Shown piece by piece: positions 1 through 8,212 of a DNA stretch of 64,000 bases (the stretch's first letter is position 1; each line of letters opens with the position of its first letter). Both the position numbers and the translations under genes were made by a program. Below the pieces are notes generated by a model that was not told where the DNA came from, did no database searches, and saw only the letters and a list, made by a program, of their open reading frames with translations. This DNA is from Patescibacteria group bacterium (GTDB taxonomy: Bacteria > Patescibacteriota > Minisyncoccia > Phycocordibacterales > UBA9973), in assembly GCA_028865035.1 (NCBI GenBank), contig JAGWLB010000001.1:99668-163667 (forward strand), written 5' to 3'.

Positions 1-1541
1 AATCTATAAAGTACGGAGAGCTTTTTGCAACTTCACATGGTCTTCGCCTTGGAAGATTCGGTCATGAAAAGATTCCATCTGGAATCATTGTTTCCGGGAA
101 AATAGAAAAGGAAGATGAATTAGTTAAATTTCTAAAAGATTTGGCTAAACGTGAACATCTGCGATTTGTGCGTATCTCTTTACCAGAGGAGCAAATGTAT
201 CTTTTTACGATCGAACTTCCCAATGCTGCTGGGTCAGATTTACGTGAGACTATACTTTTCCAGCTCGAAGAGCATATACCACTCAAAGCCTCAGATACAA
301 CTTTCGACTACGATATAATATCTGAAAATCCTAAAACTATTTTTGTAGAAGTTTTAGCTGTATCAAATACCGTCATAAATAGTTATTTGTCTATTTTTAA
401 AAGATCTAATCTTGTACCATTATCTTTCGAACTAGAAGCTCAAGCTATAGCAAGGTCAGTCATACCACGTAATGATAAAAGTGCCTTAATGATTGTCGAT
501 TTTGGAGAAGCTCGCACTGGTGCCTCGATTGCTAATAACGGGCGTGTGTTATTCACAACAACTTTAGATATCGGAGGCAGTGCTCTGACAAATATGATTG
601 CTAAGAATTTCTCATTATCATTTGAAGAAGCTGAGAAGATGAAGCTATCTTATGGTTTAAGTAGCACTTCAAATATTGAAGATATTTTTCCGTCAATACT
701 AAGTGGCATATCAGTTCTTCGTGATGAATTAAATAGACATTATATATATTGGAAAACACACGAGGATGATGGTACGAAGCATGAAAAGCTTGATCGCATT
801 ATTCTTTGTGGTGGTGAAGCAAATCTAACTGGACTTTCAAATTATCTTCAGGCTAGTATGATGATCAAAGTAGAAAATGCAAATGCGTGGGTAAATATTA
901 CCGAGATGACTACATCTATCCCCGATATGTCATTTGAAGAATCTTTCGGATACACCACTGTTTTAGGACTTGCTCTTGCTGACTACATGAAAGATCCACA
1001 GAAAATGATGAATGTATTACCAGATAATGAAAAGAAATGGTTACGTCGTGAATATTGGATGAGGTTTGCAAGTGTATTATTTTACTTCTTAGCACTTTCC
1101 GGAGTTATTGCTACTTTTCTTCTTTTCCCTTTATATTTCTTTTCTGTTTCTAAATTAAATATTGCTACAAGTAAACTTGAAGCATTCAATGCAGCTAATC
1201 CGCAAATTGCAACCCAAGATTTGAATAAATCCATAAATGATATTAATTCAAAGTTAAATTTGTTGTCATCAAAAGAGCCTAGTTCATCAGCAAGCGATAT
1301 TATCTTGAAAGATTTATTATCTAACTTACCTAAAGGAATCACTATATTCCAAATACTTTATAACGAGACTGCAAATGAGAAAGAACTTGAAATCCACGGC
1401 AAAGCAGCTGATCGTGTAACCTTACGTGACTTTAAATCCAGCTTGGATAATAACCCTCATATTGCTAAAACTGATTTGCCAATCTCTAGCTTCCTTGAAA
1501 AGTCGAATATTGATTTTACTATTTCCATAACAATGAAATAA
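1..1541 (+). CDS. pilM: Type IV pilus assembly protein PilM fused to a PilN-like TM/C-terminal domain; 5' end lies outside the window (frame is open to position 1; the ORF track starts at a TTG at 141)
   Basis: Actin-like PilM motifs (GIIVSGKIEKEDELVKFLKDLAKREHLRFVRISLPEEQMYLFTIELP; DFGEARTGASI; LDIGGSALT; ILCGGEANLTGL). A TM segment near residue 330 is followed by a PilN-like domain. Confidence 0.75.
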   Translation, partial: SIKYGELFATSHGLRLGRFGHEKIPSGIIVSGKIEKEDELVKFLKDLAKREHLRFVRISLPEEQMYLFTIELPNAAGSDLRETILFQLEEHIPLKASDTTFDYDIISENPKTIFVEVLAVSNTVINSYLSIFKRSNLVPLSFELEAQAIARSVIPRNDKSALMIVDFGEARTGASIANNGRVLFTTTLDIGGSALTNMIAKNFSLSFEEAEKMKLSYGLSSTSNIEDIFPSILSGISVLRDELNRHYIYWKTHEDDGTKHEKLDRIILCGGEANLTGLSNYLQASMMIKVENANAWVNITEMTTSIPDMSFEESFGYTTVLGLALADYMKDPQKMMNVLPDNEKKWLRREYWMRFASVLFYFLALSGVIATFLLFPLYFFSVSKLNIATSKLEAFNAANPQIATQDLNKSINDINSKLNLLSSKEPSSSASDIILKDLLSNLPKGITIFQILYNETANEKELEIHGKAADRVTLRDFKSSLDNNPHIAKTDLPISSFLEKSNIDFTISITMK

Positions 1542-1542
1542 T

Positions 1543-2106
1543 ATGAATAAAAATCACACAACTTTAACTCTTGTTATATCAGCCATTGTTATGGTTGTAT
1601 CTATTGGTACACTAATCTTCTTCTTTAGAATTATTGAAAATAAAAACAAGCATACTTCAGCAGTTTTAACTACGCTTGCTAATAAAATTGCAGACAAAAA
1701 TGATTCGCAAATCGCTGAAAGCAAAATGAGTGAAATTAATTCTGCTCAAAATTCTATTAATAATTATTTTGTAGATTTAACTAAAATAGATTCCTTCGTG
1801 AACTATCTAGAAGGCCTGGGCTCAAAGAGTGGGGCAGTAGTAAAAGTAGATAGTTTTGAAACTTCAGACAAAGAAAAGAATGTCTTATCTGTAAGACTTT
1901 CCAGTAAAGGTTCTTTTGAAGATATTATTCGCACTATATTACTCCTCGAAAATTCTCCATACAATATACATATAACTAATATTTCACTAGGAGAAGAACA
2001 AATACCACAAGATACGAATACAAACACTAAAACAAATAATAAATCCTCGGTTAATAAGACTCAATGGCAAAATACTATATCATTCACTGTTATAACTTTA
2101 CCCTAA
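1543..2106 (+). CDS. PilO-like type IV pilus assembly protein (N-terminal TM, coiled coil, C-terminal alpha/beta domain)
   Basis: Immediately downstream of pilM/N. N-terminal TM helix and ~180 aa size typical of PilO; no strong motif. Confidence 0.45.
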   Translation: MNKNHTTLTLVISAIVMVVSIGTLIFFFRIIENKNKHTSAVLTTLANKIADKNDSQIAESKMSEINSAQNSINNYFVDLTKIDSFVNYLEGLGSKSGAVVKVDSFETSDKEKNVLSVRLSSKGSFEDIIRTILLLENSPYNIHITNISLGEEQIPQDTNTNTKTNNKSSVNKTQWQNTISFTVITLP

Positions 2107-2110
2107 TATT

Positions 2111-2434
2111 ATGCAAAATATAACTAACAAAATTAAAAATCTTTTTAACAAGAAAAACATCCAAAAGCAAAGTGTGATTAATCCGCATAAACACTGGATC
2201 ATACTGCTTAAAGTTTTCTTTGTGATATTATTTTGTCTTGTACTATTAAGTATTTATCTTTTATATAAAATAAAAAATGATGAAATTTTTCAAGTCACAC
2301 CTACCATTCAAAGGAATAGTACTGTTTTAAAATATAATCTACTCAAAAATGTAACATCTGCTTTCGATCAAAAAGCTCAAAATGAAGAAGATTTATTATC
2401 AAACCCTCCAACATTTAAAGATCCTAGCAAGTAA
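2111..2434 (+). CDS. Small single-TM hypothetical protein
   Basis: 107-aa ORF with one hydrophobic helix, sits in the pilus operon. Confidence 0.35.
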   Translation: MQNITNKIKNLFNKKNIQKQSVINPHKHWIILLKVFFVILFCLVLLSIYLLYKIKNDEIFQVTPTIQRNSTVLKYNLLKNVTSAFDQKAQNEEDLLSNPPTFKDPSK

Positions 2435-2451
2435 GATAATTAAATAATTTT

Positions 2452-2524
2452 GTGCCCCTGGTAGGAATCGAACCTACATCGACGGCTTAGAAGTCCGCAG
2501 TTCTATCCATTGAACTACAAGGGC
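2452..2524 (-). tRNA. tRNA-Arg (anticodon TCT)
   Basis: Reverse complement folds as a cloverleaf: acceptor GCCCTTG/CAGGGGC, D stem GTTC/GAAC, anticodon loop CTTCTAA, T arm GTAGG-TTCGATT-CCTAC. One mismatch at the base of the anticodon stem. Confidence 0.7.
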
Positions 2525-2552
2525 ATATTGTCTACTTGTTCTGTGGTGACGG

Positions 2553-2625
2553 TGCGCGATGCAAGACTCGAACTTGCGACCTTCCCGGTGTAAACGGGTT
2601 GCTCTACCAACTGAGCTAATCGCGC
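2553..2625 (-). tRNA. tRNA-Val (anticodon TAC)
   Basis: Reverse complement GCGCGATTAGCTCAGTTGGTAGAGCAACCCGTTTACACCGGGAAGGTCGCAAGTTCGAGTCTTGCATCGCGCA: acceptor GCGCGAT/ATCGCGC, anticodon loop TTTACAC, T loop TTCGAGT. Confidence 0.85.
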
Positions 2626-2750
2626 ATATTATTTTATACTTAAGCTTAACTCACCATAACTTACCTGGGTTTCATACCTACCAAGACAGCTAACAGCGCA
2701 TAAGTCGAATAATATCATATTTTCGGTATATTTCAATCCCGTGCTAATAT

Positions 2751-3542
2751 ATGCATATGAAAGTCCCTATACTTTTCGAAGATAAGAATATATTAGTGTT
2801 GAATAAACCAGCTGGGCTTGCTGTGCATGCAGATGCTAAAAGTACTGACGAAGAAACAATTTCTGATTTTATAATTGCACACGATAAATCAATTGCTAAA
2901 GTCGGTGAACCAATGATGATAGAGTACAAAGGGGAAAAAGTAAAAATAATACGCCCAGGTATTGTTCATCGTCTAGACAAAGAAACATCAGGAGTATTAC
3001 TAGTAGCAAAGAACCAAAAAACTTTTGAATTGTTAAAAGAGCAATTTCAAAATCATACAATTAAAAAAGTTTACAGAGCTTTTGTTTATGGACCAGTTAC
3101 TGACCCAAAAGCTTCACTTGCCACTGGTAAAAGAGGAATCATAAACGTACCCATTGGTCGTAGTCCAAAAGATATTCGTATGTGGACTGCAGGACGCGGA
3201 GCAAGGCCACCTTTGAGGGAAGCAGTGACAGAATATATTATTCTTAATAAATTCAGCGATATAGTGAATAGTAAATCAACAGTAGAACATCAGTTTACAT
3301 ACATAGAGGCATATCCAAAAACTGGTAGAACTCATCAGATTCGTGTACATATGCGTTATATAAATCACCCCGTTGTTTCAGATCCACTTTATAGAGGGTC
3401 AAAAGATATGGCTCTAGGTATGAAACGACTTGCTCTTCACGCCTTTTCAATAACCTTTCGTTTACCAAATGGAGATACTAAAACAGTTGAAGCTCCATTA
3501 CCTCCCGATTTTAAAAAAGTAATAAAGACATATATACAATAA
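2751..3542 (+). CDS. RluA-family pseudouridine synthase
   Basis: Motifs ILVLNKPAGLAVH and GIVHRLDKETSGVLLVAK (catalytic Asp motif HRLD). Confidence 0.85.
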   Translation: MHMKVPILFEDKNILVLNKPAGLAVHADAKSTDEETISDFIIAHDKSIAKVGEPMMIEYKGEKVKIIRPGIVHRLDKETSGVLLVAKNQKTFELLKEQFQNHTIKKVYRAFVYGPVTDPKASLATGKRGIINVPIGRSPKDIRMWTAGRGARPPLREAVTEYIILNKFSDIVNSKSTVEHQFTYIEAYPKTGRTHQIRVHMRYINHPVVSDPLYRGSKDMALGMKRLALHAFSITFRLPNGDTKTVEAPLPPDFKKVIKTYIQ

Positions 3543-3588
3543 AACCTAATTCTTGCGTAAAATACCCATATGTGATAAAGTAGGCCCT

Positions 3589-4011
3589 ATGACAGCAGCA
3601 GAATTAACAAAGAAAACATTCACTTCAGTTGACCAAGACAGCCGTAAAAATCTTAATTTTAAGGCTGGTGATACTGTTCGTGTCTGGAATAAAATTACAG
3701 AAAAAGGCAAGATTCGTCTTCAGGCATTTGAAGGACTAGTTCTTTCACGAAAACACGGCACTGAGAGTGGAGCAACTTTTACCATACGTAAAGTATCTTC
3801 CGGTGTAGGTGTAGAACGTATTTTCCCACTTTACTCTCCAAATGTAGATAAAATAGAAATTCTCAGGCAATCTAAAACTCGCCGAAGTAAGCTATATTAT
3901 ATCCGTACTAAGGCAGTCAAAGAAGTTAAGAAGCGTCTAAAAAGTGTTACTCTTTCAAAAGAAGAATCAGAAGAAGCATCTTCACAGCCATCAGCTACAA
4001 CCGAAGAATAA
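3589..4011 (+). CDS. rplS: 50S ribosomal protein L19, with an acidic C-terminal tail
   Basis: FKAGDTVRV...KGKIRLQAFEGLVLSRKHG...FTIRKVSSGVGVERIFPLYSPNVDKIEI matches L19. ATG at 3589 chosen over the upstream TTG at 3553. Confidence 0.9.
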   Translation: MTAAELTKKTFTSVDQDSRKNLNFKAGDTVRVWNKITEKGKIRLQAFEGLVLSRKHGTESGATFTIRKVSSGVGVERIFPLYSPNVDKIEILRQSKTRRSKLYYIRTKAVKEVKKRLKSVTLSKEESEEASSQPSATTEE

Positions 4012-4015
4012 AAAA

Positions 4016-4038
4016 TCTCGCAACAGCGAGTTTTTTTA
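4016..4038 (+). terminator. Rho-independent terminator after rplS
   Basis: Stem CTCGC / GCGAG, loop AACA, followed by T7. Confidence 0.7.
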
Positions 4039-4085
4039 TTGAAAAAATACTATAAATCATATATACTCCAAGCGTTGTTACTTAT

Positions 4086-4169
4086 GCCCAGGTGTTGAAA
4101 TTGGTAGACATTTATCCTTGAGGTGGATAAGCCAGCAATGGCGTGGAGGTTCGAGTCCTCTCCTGGGCA
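4086..4169 (+). tRNA. tRNA-Leu (anticodon GAG), long variable arm
   Basis: Acceptor GCCCAGG/CCTGGGC, anticodon stem TATCC/GGATA with loop TTGAGGT, variable hairpin GCCA-GCAA-TGGC, T loop TTCGAGT. Confidence 0.8.
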
Positions 4170-4251
4170 CAAATATAAAAATATGAAAGATATACTGAAC
4201 CTATAGGTATCGAGGTTCTTATATTGTCATCATTTCCTGTATAATATCCAT

Positions 4252-4824
4252 ATGTCATTATTTTTATTGTATGCACTTAATTGGTTTCTTGTAATTATTC
4301 TTTTTATTGTCCTAGTCTTACTTGTTATTTGGATGGTTACTGGCTATCGCGCCAAGGTTCCATTTGTCCCAGTCCCGAATTCTATTTTGAAAGATATATA
4401 TCAGTTAATGAAAGTTCGAGAAGATAGTGTTGTGTATGATCTTGGGTGTGGAGATGGAAGAGTTCTCTTTTATATATCACATTTTGTACCTAAAGCTCGA
4501 TACATAGGTATCGAGAATGTTACATTTCCTCTGATCCTAGCCCACCTAAGAGCTTGGTGGCATCGCAAGATAACAGGAACACAAATAGAAATTCTCAATC
4601 AAGATTTTTTTAAACAAGATTTATCAAATGCAACTCATATTTTTACTTATCTTTATCCTAATGTTATGGATGATTTACTTCCGAAATTGGAAAAAGAACT
4701 TAAACCAGGTACTAAACTTGTATCCGTAACTTTTAAATTTACTTTGAAACAACCTTCACAAGAATTTGATCTAAAAAGATCCAAATACAAGCTCGCACGC
4801 AAAATATATATCTATGAATTTTAA
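4252..4824 (+). CDS. Membrane-anchored class I SAM-dependent methyltransferase
   Basis: N-terminal TM helix; motif I VYDLGCGDGRVL. Confidence 0.6.
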   Translation: MSLFLLYALNWFLVIILFIVLVLLVIWMVTGYRAKVPFVPVPNSILKDIYQLMKVREDSVVYDLGCGDGRVLFYISHFVPKARYIGIENVTFPLILAHLRAWWHRKITGTQIEILNQDFFKQDLSNATHIFTYLYPNVMDDLLPKLEKELKPGTKLVSVTFKFTLKQPSQEFDLKRSKYKLARKIYIYEF

Positions 4825-4850
4825 ACCCAGATGATATAATAAAGTGATAT

Positions 4851-7388
4851 ATGATCACTGAGGATTTGATTGTCTACATACAGACACAGCTTAGAAAAAA
4901 TACTCCTAAAGATATAATTATATCTCGTCTTCTATCTGCTGGGTGGCATAGAGATGATGTAGATGAAGCGTTCGCAAAAATTAACCCACCCACTCCAAGC
5001 GTTGTTCAACAACCTACACAACCAAAATCTTTTTATGTATCTACGTTATCTTCCATAGATAGCTTTTCTAAAAATCCAGATCCATATCGTGAGAAAATCT
5101 CACCGAATGAACCCGAGCCTAAAATTGAAGAAATAAAAGATACAATCAAGGTTGAACCAAAAATTGAATTAAAACCAGAACCAGTATCAGAACCAAAAAC
5201 AGTAACTACAGCTCAACCGGTTGAAAAACAAGAACCAGTTATTTCTAATACTAAACCTAATCCCGAGACAGATAGAGTAAAACCTATCTTTGCAAAAAGC
5301 TTCAGTGAAGCTAATCCAAAAATCCAAGTTGAGCCTATAAAAAATAATACTGAATCTAAAACACAAACAACATCACAAGTACATCCAGAAGTTGAGCCGC
5401 TTATTCCGCCACTATCTAAAAAAGCAGCAGAACCCATCATTACTACGGCATCTATCTTAAATCAAAAAAGTGATGAGACAAAAATAGAGATACGCAATGA
5501 AGAAATAGCACCAGTGTTGCCTAAAAAGGAAGAGATAGAAAATAAAATATGGACACCCATTAAAGTTCCTCCCAAGGTAGAATCTATTATTCCTCCTGAG
5601 CCAAAGAAAGTTTTTGAACCGGTTACTGTTAATACACCCATATCGCCTAATGTCGAACCAGTTATTTATGTAATTCCAGAAAATATAGAAAGAAAAGTTA
5701 CACAACCTATACAACCAAGTGTAATAAATAAAAAAGCGAATATTGAAGTCCGTAACGAAGAGCTTATCCCACCAATTAAACCCAAGACAAGTATCTCCGA
5801 TATCAAAAAGAATATTAAGCCAGTAACTCCTACTTCAGCGGTATTATCTGGACTTAAGATGACTTCCAGTACGAAGGTGCCAGAAAAGCCCACTGTACCT
5901 ACTATTGATAGCTTGGCAAGTAGTGCGATGATATATTCATATAAAAAAACATTACAACAAGCAATTAAAAATAATGAGAAAAAATTTGTTTATAAAAAAC
6001 ATAAATTATTTAAATGGTTACCAGTAATATTAATAATTATTGTTGCTCTAACTACAGCCGTTTTCTTGGTTAGTGGAAATTACATAAAGTTACCTTCATT
6101 TATAAAGAAAGATCCAAAAACTCTGCTTATTAATGCTCCTGTATCTCTTGGTAAATTAAAATATTATAAAATTGAAACAAACGCCACTATTTCTCTACCA
6201 CCGCTTGCAAATATTACTTCTGGCTTGGTTAGTGGACAAGCTGTGGTATCGAACGATAAAGATTATCTATCTCTTTCAGCTAAAGGTGTTGTTAACCACG
6301 AGAATGAATCTATGCCAGTATATGATTACAACGCCATCTTCAGTAGCTCATTGTTTAAGGATAATATTGTAGCAAACCTTAAATATAATAGTCTTATTTC
6401 TCTTGTTACAACTCCTGATTTAAGCCAGTTGCTAGGATCTAATGCACCAAAAGTGACTAATGTCTTAGTACCCAAAGGTCAGTTAGATGCTTTCATTCCT
6501 TTACTTCCTGGCAAGCTTCAAGATATTGCTTCTAAAGTTAATATTGAACAATTATTCTCTATAGGAGTGCCATCGTATGCAAACGATGAGACAAATTCTA
6601 TCTTCAGAGATTTTGTAAATAATAGTACTGTTATTGAAAAAAGCCCAGAAGTCGTGCGCGGAGTATTGTCGTATCATTATGAATTAAATGCAAACAAAAC
6701 AGATACAAATAAATTCATTACACAGTTCATAGATACTTTTACTTTTGGATTATCAGATGCTGAAAAAAATACTTTGAACGAAAGACTGGGCGCTATTTCT
6801 CTCGATTCATTTGAAGTCTGGGTAGGTGAACAAGATAACAGAATACATCAATATGAATTCAAACTCACAACACCATTATCTAGATTGATAGGATTAGACG
6901 ATAAAGGTATTGCCGGTAATCAAGTAAGCTTGGATTTTAAAACTACTTACTATGATTTTGATGTTAAGAATACTATTTCTATACCTACAGATGCAGTGAG
7001 TGTTTCCGATTTTATGAAAAGTATTAGTGATATGAAAATAAAAGATAAAATTTCTTCATTTAAAGTCCTGGCAACAAATTTCCATAATGCTACAGGTAAC
7101 TACGGTAGTCGTAGTAATCCAAATGGTAGCTGTACTAACCCTAATCCTGGCTCTATGTTCTCTCCAGTTGGTAATCCTAGTGGAGCAAGTAATGCTGTAA
7201 GTTATATTTCAAGTTTGATGAATGATATTTTAAACACGACAAATGGTGCTCTGTATTGTTACTCTACTCCGAGCGCTTGGGCCCTTGCTGCACCACTTGC
7301 TGTTGATCCTGCCACTCTATACTGTTCTGATAACACTGGTAAAGATATTATCCTTAATAAGCCACCAACCGGTGCGTCTTGTAAATAA
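4851..7388 (+). CDS. Large bitopic membrane protein: cytoplasmic N-domain, ~330-aa Pro/Glu/Lys-rich degenerate-repeat linker, one TM helix, and a Cys-containing C-terminal extracytoplasmic domain
   Basis: Repeated IE(V/I)RNEE(L/I)xP and PEPK-like units; TM helix LPVILIIIVALTTAVFLV; no recognised catalytic motif. Confidence 0.4.
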   Translation: MITEDLIVYIQTQLRKNTPKDIIISRLLSAGWHRDDVDEAFAKINPPTPSVVQQPTQPKSFYVSTLSSIDSFSKNPDPYREKISPNEPEPKIEEIKDTIKVEPKIELKPEPVSEPKTVTTAQPVEKQEPVISNTKPNPETDRVKPIFAKSFSEANPKIQVEPIKNNTESKTQTTSQVHPEVEPLIPPLSKKAAEPIITTASILNQKSDETKIEIRNEEIAPVLPKKEEIENKIWTPIKVPPKVESIIPPEPKKVFEPVTVNTPISPNVEPVIYVIPENIERKVTQPIQPSVINKKANIEVRNEELIPPIKPKTSISDIKKNIKPVTPTSAVLSGLKMTSSTKVPEKPTVPTIDSLASSAMIYSYKKTLQQAIKNNEKKFVYKKHKLFKWLPVILIIIVALTTAVFLVSGNYIKLPSFIKKDPKTLLINAPVSLGKLKYYKIETNATISLPPLANITSGLVSGQAVVSNDKDYLSLSAKGVVNHENESMPVYDYNAIFSSSLFKDNIVANLKYNSLISLVTTPDLSQLLGSNAPKVTNVLVPKGQLDAFIPLLPGKLQDIASKVNIEQLFSIGVPSYANDETNSIFRDFVNNSTVIEKSPEVVRGVLSYHYELNANKTDTNKFITQFIDTFTFGLSDAEKNTLNERLGAISLDSFEVWVGEQDNRIHQYEFKLTTPLSRLIGLDDKGIAGNQVSLDFKTTYYDFDVKNTISIPTDAVSVSDFMKSISDMKIKDKISSFKVLATNFHNATGNYGSRSNPNGSCTNPNPGSMFSPVGNPSGASNAVSYISSLMNDILNTTNGALYCYSTPSAWALAAPLAVDPATLYCSDNTGKDIILNKPPTGASCK

Positions 7389-7391
7389 AAT

Positions 7392-7814
7392 ATGAAAAAT
7401 ATAATCATTATAGAATCAATAAGTATTCTTGGCTTAATAGGTTTTTTGATTTCTTCGTATATATATAAAAAAAAGAAATCAAAGAAAAAGTTGATATGTC
7501 CTAGACGCTCAAACTGCGATACCGTTATACACTCCGATCACTCAAAGATTATGGGTATCCCTGTTGAAGTCCTAGGAATGACTTATTATTTTATAATCAG
7601 TTGTTCATATAGTCTTTTGTTGTCTCTTAATATTTGGTCTTTCTCTGTGGCTGTAGTACTTCTCGGAGCTACCTTATCCGCTACCTTGTTCTCGATATAT
7701 CTCGTTTCTATTCAAGCATTTGTTGTTAAACATTGGTGCATCTGGTGTTTATCTTCAGCGATTATTTCTATCTCTATAGCTTCATTAGCTTATATTCTTA
7801 CACTCGCATTTTAA
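7392..7814 (+). CDS. Vitamin K epoxide reductase (VKOR) family disulfide-generating membrane protein
   Basis: Loop cysteine pair CPRRSNC followed by SDHSKIMGIPVEVLGMTYY, and the TM active-site CIWC (CxxC) motif. Confidence 0.65.
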   Translation: MKNIIIIESISILGLIGFLISSYIYKKKKSKKKLICPRRSNCDTVIHSDHSKIMGIPVEVLGMTYYFIISCSYSLLLSLNIWSFSVAVVLLGATLSATLFSIYLVSIQAFVVKHWCIWCLSSAIISISIASLAYILTLAF

Positions 7815-7896
7815 ATAACACAGTCTATAACTAGATTTATAGGCTGTTTTCTGGTATAACAGGATAGTCGCTCCAGCCACTTGTGGAGCATATTAT

Positions 7897-7969
7897 GGTG
7901 CCTATAGTGTAATGGTTAGCACTAGAGTTTGTGGAACTCTCAGTCTGGGTTCAAATCCCAGTAGGCACC
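7897..7969 (+). tRNA. tRNA-His (anticodon GTG) with encoded G-1
   Basis: G-1 then acceptor GTGCCTA/TAGGCAC, discriminator C, anticodon stem AGAGT/ACTCT with loop TTGTGGA, T arm CTGGG-TTCAAAT-CCCAG. Confidence 0.85.
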
Positions 7970-7976
7970 CAAGCAA

Positions 7977-8003
7977 CAAATTCCCCTTCGGGGGATTTTT
8001 GTT
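7977..8003 (+). terminator. Rho-independent terminator after tRNA-His
   Basis: AAATTCCCC-TTCG-GGGGATTT hairpin followed by T5. Confidence 0.75.
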
Positions 8004-8004
8004 T

Positions 8005-8138
8005 GGGTGCTTAAACAAGCAAACTGCTTTGCTTATGTCTGGGATTTGAAAACCTTTTCCGTTTGAGCATCGCGAATGGAAAAGGTATACAGATCCTGTA
8101 AGGATCAAAAAGCGTACTCGCGGTCCCGGTAGGCACCC
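8005..8138 (+). repeat. tRNA-His-like terminal duplication: a GGGTGCTTA 5' segment and a TCCCGGTAGGCACCC 3' segment flank ~115 nt of structured, hairpin-rich non-coding sequence
   Basis: 8124-8138 matches the tRNA-His 3' end 7956-7970 at 14 of 15 positions. 8005-8013 matches the tRNA 5' end GGTGCCTA with one mismatch. The two ends can pair (GGGTGCT/GGCACCC). Confidence 0.5.
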
Positions 8139-8197
8139 GTACATTCTGAGTCTTATTTTACAAAGGTTATTTTTGATACCCATAATGGGATTCAAAC

Positions 8198-8206
8198 TGG
8201 TATAAT
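8198..8206 (+). promoter_or_regulatory. Extended -10 promoter (TGGTATAAT) 6 nt upstream of the ATG at 8213, implying a leaderless or near-leaderless transcript
   Basis: TGnTATAAT match at 8198-8206; no room for an SD sequence. Confidence 0.5.
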
Positions 8207-8212
8207 AAAACT

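Noticed and set aside
62-286. 74-aa minus-strand ORF inside pilM
   Set aside because: Antisense to a conserved PilM coding region.
4851-7388. The Pro-rich 845-aa protein as a TonB- or PASTA-like sensor
   Set aside because: The Pro/Glu/Lys linker is TonB-like only in composition. No TonB C-terminal domain or PASTA motifs are recognisable. Left as a hypothetical bitopic protein.
7902-8195. 97-aa minus-strand ORF across tRNA-His and the tRNA-like spacer
   Set aside because: Overlaps a confidently folded tRNA and terminator; its composition is dictated by RNA structure.
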